From Candidatus Altimarinota bacterium (GTDB lineage: Bacteria; Patescibacteriota; Gracilibacteria; UBA1369), in assembly GCA_963677745.1 (NCBI GenBank), contig OY782391.1, positions 256,001 to 320,000 on the forward strand: a stretch of DNA of 64,000 bases, written 5' to 3'. The notes below the pieces were generated by a model, which saw only the letters and a program-made list of their open reading frames with translations, was not told the DNA's origin and did not search any database. Position 1 is the first letter of the stretch, and the number at the start of each line of letters is the position of its first letter. Position numbers and translations under genes: made by a program. Shown here piece by piece: positions 20,899-33,212 of the stretch.

Positions 20899-21411
20899 AT
20901 TTATCCGAGCTTAAAACCGGGAATCACGCCCCTTGAAAACCAGGCACCGCGAAAAGTAGTGGACAACAGTTCTACCAGCAAGGCTCCTATCATCAAAACG
21001 AGCAGCCCGGAGGAACGCTCCCACGAGGCCAGCCAGCTAATGAGCTGTTGCTCTCTACTTTTCGATGCGGTATCGGCTAATACCCGAAAGATATACCTAT
21101 ATATTGGCTCAGGTTATTATAGATCAGAGTTAATGTGTACGGAAAAGATCAAAAATAAAACCAAACAAAAAGCTAGTCTCCCGTTAAGAGAGACAGCACA
21201 AACCAAATAAAAATAAAAAAGGACGATGGTGAGCCTCGTCGTTAAACAAGACACCAAAGAACAGTAGAGAGATGGATTGAAACAATAATTGCCGTAGTTT
21301 TGATCCGAGTGTTCCCTGGACTTCACTTTTTCCTCTGCAACTTTATACTTGCGGATAGGAGTGAGCCAAAGCACTTAAAAGGCCCTGTCATTTATATAGA
21401 CGGGGCCTTTT
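20899..21411 (+). ncRNA. Candidate large structured ncRNA of unknown class
   Basis: Promoter-to-terminator unit with several long G-U-containing helices, a possible pseudoknot and no credible ORF. Confidence 0.6.
21377..21411. terminator. Bidirectional intrinsic terminator
   Basis: AAAAGGCCCTGTC-N9-GACGGGGCCTTTT. Confidence 0.8.
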
Positions 21412-21461
21412 CCTGTACACAAATTTTTTCTTTTCCTCACTAAACGCGCACCGGTATCGTA

Positions 21462-21929
21462 CTAGAACGGTAAGTCATCGATGGTCACATCTGCCTCATT
21501 CATGACCGGAGCGGGGCCGCCCACTTCGTCCGAGGACTCATTCTTTCTGCCCAATCCCCCGGCAAAGCCGGGCTCATTACCGCCGATCATCTCGCCCTTG
21601 CGGTCCAGCATAATCATATTGTCGGCCACAATTTCGGTCTTGTATCTCTTCACGCCGTCTTCCCCTTCCCACTCGCGGGTCTGCAGCCGGCCTTCCACAA
21701 AAATTTTGCTGCCCTTGCGCAGATACTGCCCGATAATCTCGGCCAGTTTTCTCCAGGCTACTATATTATGATATTCCGCCTTGTCCTGTTTCTGTCCGCT
21801 GGAGTCGGTCCAGCTGAAATTGGTGGCGATGGAAAAAGAAGCCACCGTCTGACCTCCGGGAATCTGTCGCAGCTCGGGATCGCGGGTAAGATTGCCGATC
21901 AGCTGCACTCGGTTAAGTGACATTGCCAT
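21462..21929 (-). CDS. ssb: Single-stranded DNA-binding protein
   Basis: LNRVQLIGNLTRDPE, VEGRLQTR, C-terminal DDLPF. Confidence 0.98.
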   Translation of the reverse strand: MAMSLNRVQLIGNLTRDPELRQIPGGQTVASFSIATNFSWTDSSGQKQDKAEYHNIVAWRKLAEIIGQYLRKGSKIFVEGRLQTREWEGEDGVKRYKTEIVADNMIMLDRKGEMIGGNEPGFAGGLGRKNESSDEVGGPAPVMNEADVTIDDLPF

Positions 21930-22118
21930 AAGTAATACGCTTTAAATTATAAAAATTTCATGGCCACTATAAACCATGTCAACAAAACTACAATTGCCTA
22001 ACGCTGGCAAATATTTTAAAAAGTCGGAGCATTGACTTTCGGAAATTTGTTACCTAAAATGCGCGCGCTGCTGAATCTGATAAAAAGATCGGCACGACTT
22101 GATTTTGAACATCCGGAC

Positions 22119-22859
22119 ATGACACTTGCTGATTTAAAAATCGAACTGGCCCCCAAAACCATCTTCACCCTCGGTGGATTTCCCGTCACCAATACCATGA
22201 TTACGATGTGGCTGGTGATGGCAATTTTGATCGGACTGGCTATCTTTATACGGGTCCGTCTAAAATATCTGCCTTCCGGTTTTCAGAACTTTGTGGAATG
22301 GGCATTGGGCGGAATGTATGACTTTATGGAAAGCGTCGGCGGCAAAGAAGCCCAGAAACATTTTGTTCCTTTCATCAGTTTCTTTCTGATCATTCTTTTC
22401 TCCAACTGGCTGGGACTGCTGATGGGCCCGATCGCCGAAGAAAGCGGTTTCCTGCGCGCGCCCACCAGCGATCTCAACTCCACGCTGGGACTGGCCATTT
22501 CCGCTTTTCTCTATTTTGAATACATGGGCTTCAAAGCCCACGGCATATTCGGCTATCTGGGACATTTCGTGAACATCAAGGCGATTTTCCAGAAAGGCGC
22601 CATGGGACTGATCGACTTTGTGACCGGACTGCTGCACATTATTTCTGAAATCGTCCGTCCGACCGCCCTGTCACTTCGTCTTTTCGGCAATATCTTCGGC
22701 GGGGAAATCGTACTGACAATCGCTTTCGCCCTGGTCAATCCGCTGATTCCGGTGCCTTTTATGATGCTGGAAGTAATCGTGGGACTGATCCAGGCCTTCG
22801 TGTTTGCGACACTTTTCCTGACTTTCACGTCGCTCAACACCGCTCATGAAGAGCATTAA
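22119..22859 (+). CDS. atpB: F0F1 ATP synthase subunit a
   Basis: APTSDLN, LSLRLFGN, LIQAFVF; start set at ATG 22119. Confidence 0.96.
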   Translation: MTLADLKIELAPKTIFTLGGFPVTNTMITMWLVMAILIGLAIFIRVRLKYLPSGFQNFVEWALGGMYDFMESVGGKEAQKHFVPFISFFLIILFSNWLGLLMGPIAEESGFLRAPTSDLNSTLGLAISAFLYFEYMGFKAHGIFGYLGHFVNIKAIFQKGAMGLIDFVTGLLHIISEIVRPTALSLRLFGNIFGGEIVLTIAFALVNPLIPVPFMMLEVIVGLIQAFVFATLFLTFTSLNTAHEEH

Positions 22860-22889
22860 TTTTATCGATCATTGTAAAATATAACCTAA

Positions 22890-23114
<225 letters not shown>

Positions 23115-23128
23115 GAAACAATCTTAAC

Positions 23129-23719
23129 ATGCCAAACATGTTTATACCTGTCGCTTTCGCCACGGAAGCGGTGGAACAGGAAAATTTGACCACCTCCACC
23201 GAAACTTCGGCCAAGTCCGAAGAACATTCCGAAGGCCTGAGCATCGAACCGTCCACGGTTGCCTTTCAGGCGCTGAACTTTCTGATTCTGCTGATTCTGC
23301 TGAAAATGATTCTCTACAAACCTCTGCTGCAACTGCTGAAAGACCGTGAAAAGAGAATCCGTGAAGGTGTGGAAAATGCCGAAAAAGCCGACCGGATGCT
23401 GGCGGAATCGGAAACCACCCATCAGAACATCCTCAAAACCGCCAAAGTGGAAAGCCACGGTATTCTGGAAACAGCCAAGAACTCGGCTGAGATAACACGT
23501 CTGGCCATTCTAGACAAAGCACAAACCGAAGCCAACAAACTGTTGGAAAACGGACGCAATATTGTCGACATGGAAAAAAGCCGCGCCGCCCAGGAATTGA
23601 AAAACGAGGCGGTCAATCTGGTAATTCTGGCCGCCGAGAAAGTCCTGCGTGAGAAACTTGATCTCAAAAAAGACCAGCAGCTGATCGAAGACAGTCTGGG
23701 CAGTTACCTTAAACCCTAA
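23129..23719 (+). CDS. atpF: F0F1 ATP synthase subunit b
   Basis: QALNFLIL..LYKP..DRE, AAEKVL. Confidence 0.93.
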   Translation: MPNMFIPVAFATEAVEQENLTTSTETSAKSEEHSEGLSIEPSTVAFQALNFLILLILLKMILYKPLLQLLKDREKRIREGVENAEKADRMLAESETTHQNILKTAKVESHGILETAKNSAEITRLAILDKAQTEANKLLENGRNIVDMEKSRAAQELKNEAVNLVILAAEKVLREKLDLKKDQQLIEDSLGSYLKP

Positions 23720-24261
23720 TGGAAAAGAATCTCCACTTAAAACTGGGCAAGGCGCTCTATGACCGAGCTTTTCAGGATCAAAACACCAAAGAGGTGTTTG
23801 ATAACCTGCAGCTGGTCAATGATCTTTTGAAAGACCGCGAACTGGTTGACCGGTTCAACAACCTGGCCTATTCCGGAGACCTGAAAATCAGAAACTGCGT
23901 CAGGGAAATTTTTGATCCGCCCCTGGAAAACACCGTCACCGAATTAATGGTACTGCTTATTACCAACCATTATATCCAGCTTCTGCCCAAGATCTTTGCC
24001 GGTTTCCGCCGCCACCGTTTTGAAGCACTGGGCATACGTGAAGTGAAAATCCGCACCGCCCGTGAATTGTCGGCCGCCGAAAAATCCCGGATTTCCGACC
24101 AGCTGGGCGGAAAACAGGGCAAACTGCATCTGACTTTCCAGCACAACGCCGCTCTGATCGGCGGAATGCAGATCGTGGACCAGGGAAGGCTGACCGATCT
24201 GTCGATCCGCAACCAGCTGGCCCAGCTTAAACATCATTTACAAAGTACTGACACAATTTAA
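23719..24261 (+). CDS. atpH: F0F1 ATP synthase subunit delta
   Basis: Operon position; LIGG...DLSIRNQL. Confidence 0.9.
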   Translation: MEKNLHLKLGKALYDRAFQDQNTKEVFDNLQLVNDLLKDRELVDRFNNLAYSGDLKIRNCVREIFDPPLENTVTELMVLLITNHYIQLLPKIFAGFRRHRFEALGIREVKIRTARELSAAEKSRISDQLGGKQGKLHLTFQHNAALIGGMQIVDQGRLTDLSIRNQLAQLKHHLQSTDTI

Positions 24262-24271
24262 CCTTAAAGTA

Positions 24272-25786
24272 ATGACATTCGACGCCAAAAAAATCAGCTC
24301 CTTTCTGGAAGAACAACTGCGCACCGTAGAATTCACGCCCCAATCGGTGGGAGTGGGCCGCATCACCATGGTCGGTGACGGAATCGCCCAAGTCAGCGGT
24401 CTGGCCGACGTACAGATGGGAGAAATGGTGGATTTCGGCAACGATACCTTCGGCATGGCCATCAATCTGGCCCATGATCAGGTTGGTTGCATCCTGTTCA
24501 GCCAGGGTAATAATTTAAAAGAAGGCGACACCGTCAAAACCACCGGCAGAATCATGCAGGTACCGGTCGGTGAAGCCCTGATCGGACGCGTGGTCAACCC
24601 GCTGGGTATGCCCATCGACAATCTGGGTCCGGTCAAAACCAAACTTTTCCGCCCCATCGAACAAAAAGCTGAGGGCGTAATTTACAGAAAATCCGTAACC
24701 GTTCCGCTGCAAACCGGCATCAAAGCCATCGATGCCATCGTACCGATCGGCCGCGGACAGCGCGAATTGATCATCGGCGACCGCCAGATCGGCAAGACCG
24801 CCATCGCCATCGATACCATTATCAATCAGAAAGGTAAGGGAGTTTACTGCTTCTACGTAGCTGTCGGCCAGAAACAGTCCACCATTGCGAACGTGGTCAA
24901 CAAGCTGCAGGAACACGGCGCCATGGAATATACAACCGTAGTCGCTACTTCCGCTTCCGACGCCGCTTCACTTTCTTATATCGCCCCTTATGCCGGCTGC
25001 GCCATGGCCGAAGAGATCATGTATTCCGGCAAGGACGCTTTGATTATTTATGACGATCTTTCCAAACATGCCTGGGCCTACCGCGAAGTTGCGCTGCTGC
25101 TGCGCCGCCCCCCAGGCCGTGAAGCCTACCCCGGCGATATTTTCTATCTGCATTCCCGTCTGCTCGAAAGGTCTTCCCGTTTGTCGGAGGATTTGGGGGG
25201 CGGCTCACTGACTGCCCTGCCTTTGATTGAAACACAGGATTCAGATATCTCCGCTTATATCCCCACCAACGTCATCTCCATTACCGACGGCCAAATCTTC
25301 CTGGAATCCGAAGCATTTTATTCAGGTAAACGTCCGGCTCTCAACCCCGGCCTGTCAGTCTCCCGTGTGGGAGGCAAAGCCCAGGTACCGGTGATGAAGA
25401 AAGTGGCCGGTAATCTGCGTCTGTCTTTGGCCCAGTTCCGCGAACTGGAAAGTTTCGCCCAGATCGGTTCCGACCTGGATACCCAGACCAAAGCCACCCT
25501 GGAAAGAGGCCAGAAAATCGTGGAAGTTCTCAAACAGCCGCAATACAAACCACTGCACGTCAGCAAACAGATTGCCATCATCTATGCCGTCAACAACGGT
25601 CTTTTGGATGATGTGGCCAATCAGGACATCCGCAGTTTTGAAAACGACCTCTATGATTTCATGGATGCCAAACATCAATCTCTGATTGAAGTGCTGAACA
25701 CCGCCCAGAAATTCACCCCCGATCTGGAAAAACAATTGAAAGAAATGATCGCCGATTTCAAGATGGGCTGGCAGACGGTTATTTAA
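24272..25786 (+). CDS. atpA: F0F1 ATP synthase subunit alpha
   Basis: [29 protein letters not shown]. Confidence 0.99.
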   Translation: MTFDAKKISSFLEEQLRTVEFTPQSVGVGRITMVGDGIAQVSGLADVQMGEMVDFGNDTFGMAINLAHDQVGCILFSQGNNLKEGDTVKTTGRIMQVPVGEALIGRVVNPLGMPIDNLGPVKTKLFRPIEQKAEGVIYRKSVTVPLQTGIKAIDAIVPIGRGQRELIIGDRQIGKTAIAIDTIINQKGKGVYCFYVAVGQKQSTIANVVNKLQEHGAMEYTTVVATSASDAASLSYIAPYAGCAMAEEIMYSGKDALIIYDDLSKHAWAYREVALLLRRPPGREAYPGDIFYLHSRLLERSSRLSEDLGGGSLTALPLIETQDSDISAYIPTNVISITDGQIFLESEAFYSGKRPALNPGLSVSRVGGKAQVPVMKKVAGNLRLSLAQFRELESFAQIGSDLDTQTKATLERGQKIVEVLKQPQYKPLHVSKQIAIIYAVNNGLLDDVANQDIRSFENDLYDFMDAKHQSLIEVLNTAQKFTPDLEKQLKEMIADFKMGWQTVI

Positions 25787-25812
25787 TGAACAAATTATCT
25801 GAACAAGCTTAA

Positions 25813-26685
25813 ATGGCTACATTACGAGAAATAAAGACCAGGATCAAATCCATTAAATCCACCCAGAAGATTACCAAGGCGATGGAGATGATGGCCGCGT
25901 CCAAAATGAAAAAGGCCCAGCAGACGGCCTTGGCCGGTCGTCCCTATGTTCAGAAGCTGGGAGATGTGATCAATAATCTTGTTCATTTGAGTGATCCCCC
26001 GCTCCACCATCCGCTTCTGGATCGGCAAAAAGTCCCTGGTACAGTGGGACGCAGCGGCTATATTCTGCTCACTTCCAACCGCGGCCTTTGCGGCAGTTTC
26101 AACAGCGGCATCCTCAAGAAAATGATTGAGACTCTGCAAACCGACCCCGATCCTCGCGAAACCGTCATTACGGTCGGCCGCAAAGGCCGCCAGGTCATGG
26201 AGCGGGGCGGCTTCAACATCGTAGCCGATTTTGAAAATCTCTCCGATAAGCCGACTTTCATGGATACTATCGGTATAAGCCAAACTATCATCGAAGAATA
26301 TCTGAACGGAAAACTGGACAAGGTTTTTCTGGTTTATAACCATTTTCATTCCACTCTTTCCCAAAAACCGGTAGTTAAACAGCTTCTGCCCATCTCCGGC
26401 GACCTGGACCAGCTCCCCCAGAATTTCCACACCGACTATATCTTTGAAGCAGATAAACCGGAACTTTTGGACAAACTGCTGCGCCGTTATCTGGAAATTG
26501 CCGTCTTTCAGACCGTTCTGGAATCCGTTGCCTCCGAGCACAGCGCCCGCATGATGGCCATGCGCACCGCTTCCGACAATGCCAAGGACATCATCGCCCG
26601 CCTGACTCTGCATTACAACAAGGCCCGCCAGTCCAAGATCACCACCCAGATTCTGGAGGTGGTCAGCGGCTCGGTCTCACAATAA
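25813..26685 (+). CDS. atpG: F0F1 ATP synthase subunit gamma
   Basis: KITKAMEM, RGLCG, SEHSARM, YNKARQ. Confidence 0.98.
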   Translation: MATLREIKTRIKSIKSTQKITKAMEMMAASKMKKAQQTALAGRPYVQKLGDVINNLVHLSDPPLHHPLLDRQKVPGTVGRSGYILLTSNRGLCGSFNSGILKKMIETLQTDPDPRETVITVGRKGRQVMERGGFNIVADFENLSDKPTFMDTIGISQTIIEEYLNGKLDKVFLVYNHFHSTLSQKPVVKQLLPISGDLDQLPQNFHTDYIFEADKPELLDKLLRRYLEIAVFQTVLESVASEHSARMMAMRTASDNAKDIIARLTLHYNKARQSKITTQILEVVSGSVSQ

Positions 26686-26731
26686 AGCCAGGGCTTCACT
26701 TACATTATAAATTTAAAAAAACTCTAACTAA

Positions 26732-28201
<1,470 letters not shown>

Positions 28202-28225
28202 TTATCATCCCTAAGACGCGCTCCC

Positions 28226-28639
28226 ATGTTCCACCTCCACATTGCCACTCCGGAAAAAATGCTTTTCGATGCCGAAATCGAAAGTCTGGTCGTGCCCACC
28301 ACCAAAGGTGAAATGGGAGTGCTGACCGGCCACCATCCGGTGATCGCCCAGCTGGGATTGGGTGCGATCAAAATTACTCTGGCCGATCAAACCGCCTCGA
28401 CGATTTTCATCAGCAGCGGTTATCTGGAAGTGAATAACAACAAAGCCACTATTCTGGCCGACCAGGCCGAAAATATCGAAGAAATCGCCCTGGAGCAGGT
28501 CAAAGCGGCCCGCGCCAAAGCCGAAGAACTTCTCAAGACCGCCAAGAGCACCGAGGAAGTAGAAAGACTGTATCAGGAACTGAAGATGCAGGCCTTGCGC
28601 GAACAGCTGGCGGGAATTGCCAAATATAAGAAAGATTAG
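28226..28639 (+). CDS. atpC: F0F1 ATP synthase subunit epsilon
   Basis: TPE, GEMGVLTGH, GYLEV, ILAD. Confidence 0.95.
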   Translation: MFHLHIATPEKMLFDAEIESLVVPTTKGEMGVLTGHHPVIAQLGLGAIKITLADQTASTIFISSGYLEVNNNKATILADQAENIEEIALEQVKAARAKAEELLKTAKSTEEVERLYQELKMQALREQLAGIAKYKKD

Positions 28640-28649
28640 AAATAAGCAT

Positions 28650-29048
28650 ATGAGTAAAACTCTGCCTCAACTGCAAAATGCACGCGACTATTTTGCCGAA
28701 TTGAAAAATAAAACCGCCCAGCCGGCCAATATTCTTGATCTGGCTCCGGTCATCCCGCAACTGGGAATAGCCCTGGAGCTGACCCGTGACACCACTGAAA
28801 TGGAAAGCATGCTGCTCACCGGCAACGACACCTGGCAGCAAACCCGGGAATCAGCCGAAAGAGTGCTTAGGGAAGCACTGAAAGGAAATTATGAAGTGCC
28901 GGCCAGCCCGGTCGTGGAAAACAACTCCTTTGAGGCTGTCTCCCATAACATCCATGGACGGATTGTAAAAACCTTTGACTGCGCAGACCTGGAACAGTGC
29001 TGTCATGTCCTGGAACATGCCATCAAAAGACTGACCGACCTGAATTAA
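28650..29048 (+). CDS. Hypothetical protein
   Basis: ORF directly after atpC and before a strong hairpin. Confidence 0.6.
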   Translation: MSKTLPQLQNARDYFAELKNKTAQPANILDLAPVIPQLGIALELTRDTTEMESMLLTGNDTWQQTRESAERVLREALKGNYEVPASPVVENNSFEAVSHNIHGRIVKTFDCADLEQCCHVLEHAIKRLTDLN

Positions 29049-29056
29049 CATCTTCA

Positions 29057-29089
29057 TTCGTAAAAGTAAGATTTTCTTACTTTTACGAA
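29057..29089. terminator. Perfect 15-bp hairpin between convergent genes
   Basis: TTCGTAAAAGTAAGA-TTT-TCTTACTTTTACGAA. Confidence 0.6.
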
Positions 29090-29123
29090 CATCAACCTTG
29101 CGACAAACACATTCGAATAACTT

Positions 29124-29336
29124 TCAGGGATGGCAGGGGTTTAGGTCCGGAATAGCTTCCAGAGAACGCCTAAGCTGCAAAGATTCGGTATATCCGCCGA
29201 TGGCCAGACCAGCGCTGAAAGCTGCCGCCAGGGAAAGCAATACCAGCAGGGTCAGGAGCGCCGCGCCTGCGGCGCGGCGCGAACGATCGCCCGGACGAAC
29301 ACCCGATAGACGTTTTTCCATTGCTTTTTGAGTCAT
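29124..29336 (-). CDS. Small membrane protein
   Basis: 70 aa with a single TM segment. Confidence 0.4.
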   Translation of the reverse strand: MTQKAMEKRLSGVRPGDRSRRAAGAALLTLLVLLSLAAAFSAGLAIGGYTESLQLRRSLEAIPDLNPCHP

Positions 29337-29365
29337 TTTAAGAGAAAGATAGGTTGAATTGTTTT

Positions 29366-30667
29366 ATGAATATGATTAAATACATCTTTTTTCTGGGCAG
29401 AAAGCCGCTTTTATCGCTGGCCGAACTGGTAAGTGTCTTGCCCCCGGAAACCGAATACCTGGCCCTGCAGAAAGAATTTCTGTCAGTCGCCCTGCCCGCC
29501 GAGCTGCCAACTCCCCAAAAGCTTCTGGACCGGCTGGGAGGTACTACCAAAATCGTCAAAGTAGATCTGGAATCCCGCTCCGGGCAATTGGCCCAAATGA
29601 TCAGCGACCTGGCCGCCGAGAAGTTTCAGGGACGGACAGACAAGATCCGCTATGCCATTTCGTTACACAGTCTGACAGGAACTTCTGAACAGCTGTTAAA
29701 AAATTCCTTGATGCTGACTAAAAAGAAACTGAAAAAATCAGAACTATCCAGCCGTTTTGTAAACAATAATTTCCAGAATCCCCCCACCGCTCTGCTGCTC
29801 GGGGAAAACATCCTTGGTAAAGGCGCCGAGTTTTGCGCCGTAGAAATGGATGGCGGAAACTGGCAAATCGGACAAACCGTCGCCATCCAGAATATCAATG
29901 ACTACACCGCCCGCGACTTTGAGCGTCCGGAACGGGACCCCAAACTGGGTATGCTGCCGCCAAAACTGGCCCAGATTCTGATCAACCTGTCGGGAGTCCG
30001 GCCGGAAGCCGCCGATTCCGAAAAAAGCTCAATTTATGATCCTTTCTGCGGTATCGGGACGATCCTGATGGAAGGAATACTGATGGGAATGGATGTGACG
30101 GGATCCGACCTCTCCGCCGAAAATATCGACAAATGCCGCAAAAACCTGGACTGGCTGAATAAGATGGTTACCGATAAAAGAGCCGCCCTGGTGGCACGTC
30201 TCGGAGCTGAAGCCGTCGACAAACAGCCTCTGGGAAAATCACGGCTTTTCAATAAAGACGCCACCAAAATCATCAAGTCCGACCTGCCGACGAATTTGGG
30301 CGCCATAGTCAGTGAAACATTTTTGGGCCCGCCGGTCAGCCGTACCCCCACACCCAGTCAGATTGAGGAAACCCAGGCCATGGTGGAAAACCTGCTGGCA
30401 GGTTTTCTGACCAATCTGCAGCCGCTTCTGCCTAAAAACGCCACCGTGGTTTTGACCCTGCTGGCTTATCGTGACGAAAACCGCTACTTGACCCTGACCA
30501 AACTCCATCAGCATTTGGAAAAATTCGGATTCGCTGCCGATCCATTGCTGCCCGAACCGGTCATCAAAGCGCTCGGCCTGGACGCCAAAGCCGCCGAAAC
30601 CATGATCTACGAGCGCCCCGACCAGACCGTCTGCCGCGAGATTGTCAGGCTGAAACCGCTCCCCTGA
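29366..30667 (+). CDS. Trm11/Trm14-like class I SAM-dependent RNA methyltransferase
   Basis: DRLGG..KI, GMLPPKLAQILIN, YDPFCGIGT, GSD. Confidence 0.85.
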   Translation: MNMIKYIFFLGRKPLLSLAELVSVLPPETEYLALQKEFLSVALPAELPTPQKLLDRLGGTTKIVKVDLESRSGQLAQMISDLAAEKFQGRTDKIRYAISLHSLTGTSEQLLKNSLMLTKKKLKKSELSSRFVNNNFQNPPTALLLGENILGKGAEFCAVEMDGGNWQIGQTVAIQNINDYTARDFERPERDPKLGMLPPKLAQILINLSGVRPEAADSEKSSIYDPFCGIGTILMEGILMGMDVTGSDLSAENIDKCRKNLDWLNKMVTDKRAALVARLGAEAVDKQPLGKSRLFNKDATKIIKSDLPTNLGAIVSETFLGPPVSRTPTPSQIEETQAMVENLLAGFLTNLQPLLPKNATVVLTLLAYRDENRYLTLTKLHQHLEKFGFAADPLLPEPVIKALGLDAKAAETMIYERPDQTVCREIVRLKPLP

Positions 30668-30781
30668 AGCCGCTTTATTTCCCGCCCAAAAAACATTGCC
30701 ATTGGCAGATATTTTGCTATATTAAATGCGCTCTGCTCATCTGTTCTTTGGCAGAGTATGTTCCTTTCACAATCAGAGTAT

Positions 30782-30856
30782 TCCCCTGTAGCTCAGTGGT
30801 AGAGCAACCGGCTGTTAACCGGTAGGTCACTGGTTCGAGCCCAGTCGGGGGAGCCA
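30782..30856 (+). tRNA. tRNA-Asn(GTT)
   Basis: TCCCCTG...CGGGGGA-GCCA; anticodon arm ACCGG-CTGTTAA-CCGGT. Confidence 0.97.
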
Positions 30857-30864
30857 ATAAGAAC

Positions 30865-30894
30865 AGACTAAAGCCCTTTGAAACAAGGGCTTTT
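30865..30894. repeat. Palindromic repeat, copy 1
   Basis: AGACTAAAGCCCTTTGAAACAAGGGCTTTT; 29/30 identical to 35529-35558. Confidence 0.85.
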
Positions 30895-30920
30895 GTAGGT
30901 CTGTATAACACAAAATCGAC

Positions 30921-32234
30921 TTAGATCATCTCTACCGGAATATCTCGAGATAAACACCACTCCCTAATTAACTGTACCGCTGAATCCTCCCCCTGTGGAG
31001 TTAAATCAGCTCTAATAATCACTTTTTTTATCATCGCATTGGTAATTGGACTACCAATCTGCGCCTCAATATAATCATGATTTCCCCCCTGACAATTGGC
31101 AGTATTAAAAATTGCTTTGGCAATCGCTACATGGTCTTTATGCAGCTCTCTGTACCTTATTTCAGTCTGATCAGTAGGCATATTTTCTCGAATATATGCT
31201 GGCACTCCGCTGTAATTTAACGAATCGCCTTCTGTAAAGGTGGCATTTTCGGCCAGCAATTCAAAATCAAATACAAACTCCACATTTCCATAATGACCTT
31301 TAAGAGCTAAATCATGTTCATTGTGGTAGTCTCCGACCGCCAGGTGATATACAAATTCCCCCTGCCAGCCTAGCTCTGTTTCATATTGTTGCCGCCTGGG
31401 TTCAATTTCCCTTGGCCGGTCGTTAGCACCCACCTCCCAGATATTTTTCAAGATCCCGCTTTTTAGAAACTTGACGGCATTATTTGGCTTCATATTCATT
31501 ACCATACACCTGCTCTGTTTGATCTTTTCAATTTCACTTAAAAACTGTTCGCTATTAATCCCCCAGCCGCTTCTTGCCTGGGCAGCAACCGCCGCTCTGA
31601 TATTTTTGAATGAACGAACAAGACTGACTTTAACCGCATTTGATAAAGGCTTATCTATAGAGGCAGCTATTGCTTCCTGTTCCACTTCAGTTGTTATATC
31701 CAAACTCTGGAACAGCTGCAGAATCTGTTTTTCCCTATCAAGATGCTCAGGTAAGCGGTCAAACACATACCAATCTCTCTTTCCAACTCCCGTACCAGAG
31801 ACATGAGGCTCGCAAAATTCATGGATCATTTTAGTACAGGTAGTAAAGTCTGCCTGGCTGACTTGCTGCCTGGAAATATTAATTTCAGCTCTCTTTTGGG
31901 AAATTTCAATTGCGTTAAATGATGCAAATATTTTTTCAGCCAAGGTCTGATCATAGATCAGATCATTAGGTTTTAATATTGTGTTTTTTCTAATCTGATC
32001 AAGCAAGCTATTCAACTTTGAACATAATTTGCTTATATCACCGACCAGTTTCACCTTTCGTGCCAAATCATCATCCTTCAAAATCGATAATAATTCTGCA
32101 TCTTTCTGTTCGATTTCGAGACACATTTGCCTGAGCGAAACTTTGAATCTTTCACACTGGTCTATCTGATCCTGGGTATTTAGGGATGCTGGGATTTCCG
32201 TTCCGGACTCCTCTTGGATTTTATCAACATTCAT
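30921..32234 (-). CDS. DUF3626-like putative ADP-ribosyltransferase-fold protein
   Basis: C-terminal YG.VEFVF, ATFTEGDS and YIEAQI motifs; helical N-terminus. Confidence 0.6.
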   Translation of the reverse strand: MNVDKIQEESGTEIPASLNTQDQIDQCERFKVSLRQMCLEIEQKDAELLSILKDDDLARKVKLVGDISKLCSKLNSLLDQIRKNTILKPNDLIYDQTLAEKIFASFNAIEISQKRAEINISRQQVSQADFTTCTKMIHEFCEPHVSGTGVGKRDWYVFDRLPEHLDREKQILQLFQSLDITTEVEQEAIAASIDKPLSNAVKVSLVRSFKNIRAAVAAQARSGWGINSEQFLSEIEKIKQSRCMVMNMKPNNAVKFLKSGILKNIWEVGANDRPREIEPRRQQYETELGWQGEFVYHLAVGDYHNEHDLALKGHYGNVEFVFDFELLAENATFTEGDSLNYSGVPAYIRENMPTDQTEIRYRELHKDHVAIAKAIFNTANCQGGNHDYIEAQIGSPITNAMIKKVIIRADLTPQGEDSAVQLIREWCLSRDIPVEMI

Positions 32235-32413
32235 ATTAATAAAAACTGATTACAATATTATAACACACAACAAGCCTGATTAAAACAAGCATAGAAGCCG
32301 GTCTAGCGCTAACTAACAGCCTAAAACGGGAGCTTTTTGTTTTCGTCCTGAGCTGATTGACAAATGCTGTATAAACTGTAATAATAACACGCTAAAACCC
32401 TATATTCCCTCTC

Positions 32414-33205
32414 ATGACAGCGGAAAAAATGGAAACCGATTTGGAAACACTAACCCTGCGCATCCGGGCTATTCGGGATCAACTTCAACTGGGAAAAGAC
32501 AATTCAGATCTTGAGTCTGAATTGCGGACAATTGCCAGGAATGCGGAAGGCCTGGAAGATGACCTGAGAGAAGAGATTTCCTATCGGGTGGCCATTGTGA
32601 TGAAATCAGTTACGATGATAAAAATGGCCCGGATCAGAACACTGGCGGTTGAAGGTAATTTTGTCGATGCCATTCCCCTGTTATTTGAGCTTTCCCCCGA
32701 TGAGAGACTGGACATTCTTTGCGAAATCCGCAGAGGTCTCTCCGATGAAAAGATCTCCGCTGTCCTACAATATATTGCGACGGAATCACACCGTCATCTG
32801 AAACAAATTTTTACCGACAACCTTCGACTCACCAAAATATCAATGGCAGACCACCCCTATGCCGGGCGGTTCCCCACAGCCATCGAATTCGAAGACGATC
32901 ATCAAATGGACTCTCTAATTAAAGATGGCTGGATACCGGTTGGAGAAAATTTTCCAACCTTCGGCCCCGGGGACAATACCCCGGAAACAGTTCAAAACGC
33001 CTGGGAAATACAGGATTTCCTAAAAGAAGGTTTCGAGGCAACCTGCACAGCCAAAGCTTATGCTTTTGAAAATCCGGCCAGCAAAAAAATTGAGGACTAT
33101 CACACCCAGATTTTCGTTCGACCCAAAGCAGGCATCGAAATTCATCCCGCCTTCAGACAATACTACGACACTGTCAGAAAACTCATACTCGGGGAAAAAA
33201 GTTAA
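32414..33205 (+). CDS. Hypothetical protein
   Basis: 263-aa ORF with an upstream TTGACA...TATAAT promoter. Confidence 0.7.
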   Translation: MTAEKMETDLETLTLRIRAIRDQLQLGKDNSDLESELRTIARNAEGLEDDLREEISYRVAIVMKSVTMIKMARIRTLAVEGNFVDAIPLLFELSPDERLDILCEIRRGLSDEKISAVLQYIATESHRHLKQIFTDNLRLTKISMADHPYAGRFPTAIEFEDDHQMDSLIKDGWIPVGENFPTFGPGDNTPETVQNAWEIQDFLKEGFEATCTAKAYAFENPASKKIEDYHTQIFVRPKAGIEIHPAFRQYYDTVRKLILGEKS

Positions 33206-33212
33206 GGTAGGG

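Noticed and set aside
20959-21374. Short ORFs at 20959-21210 (+) and 21117-21374 (-)
   Set aside because: Non-ATG starts, no recognisable motifs, and they cut across strong RNA helices; more likely incidental
20899-21411. tmRNA, RNase P, SRP or group I intron identity for the large RNA
   Set aside because: Only fragmentary resemblances (GAGGAAC, GTAGAGAGATG, a PK1-like knot); the defining motifs were not found by eye
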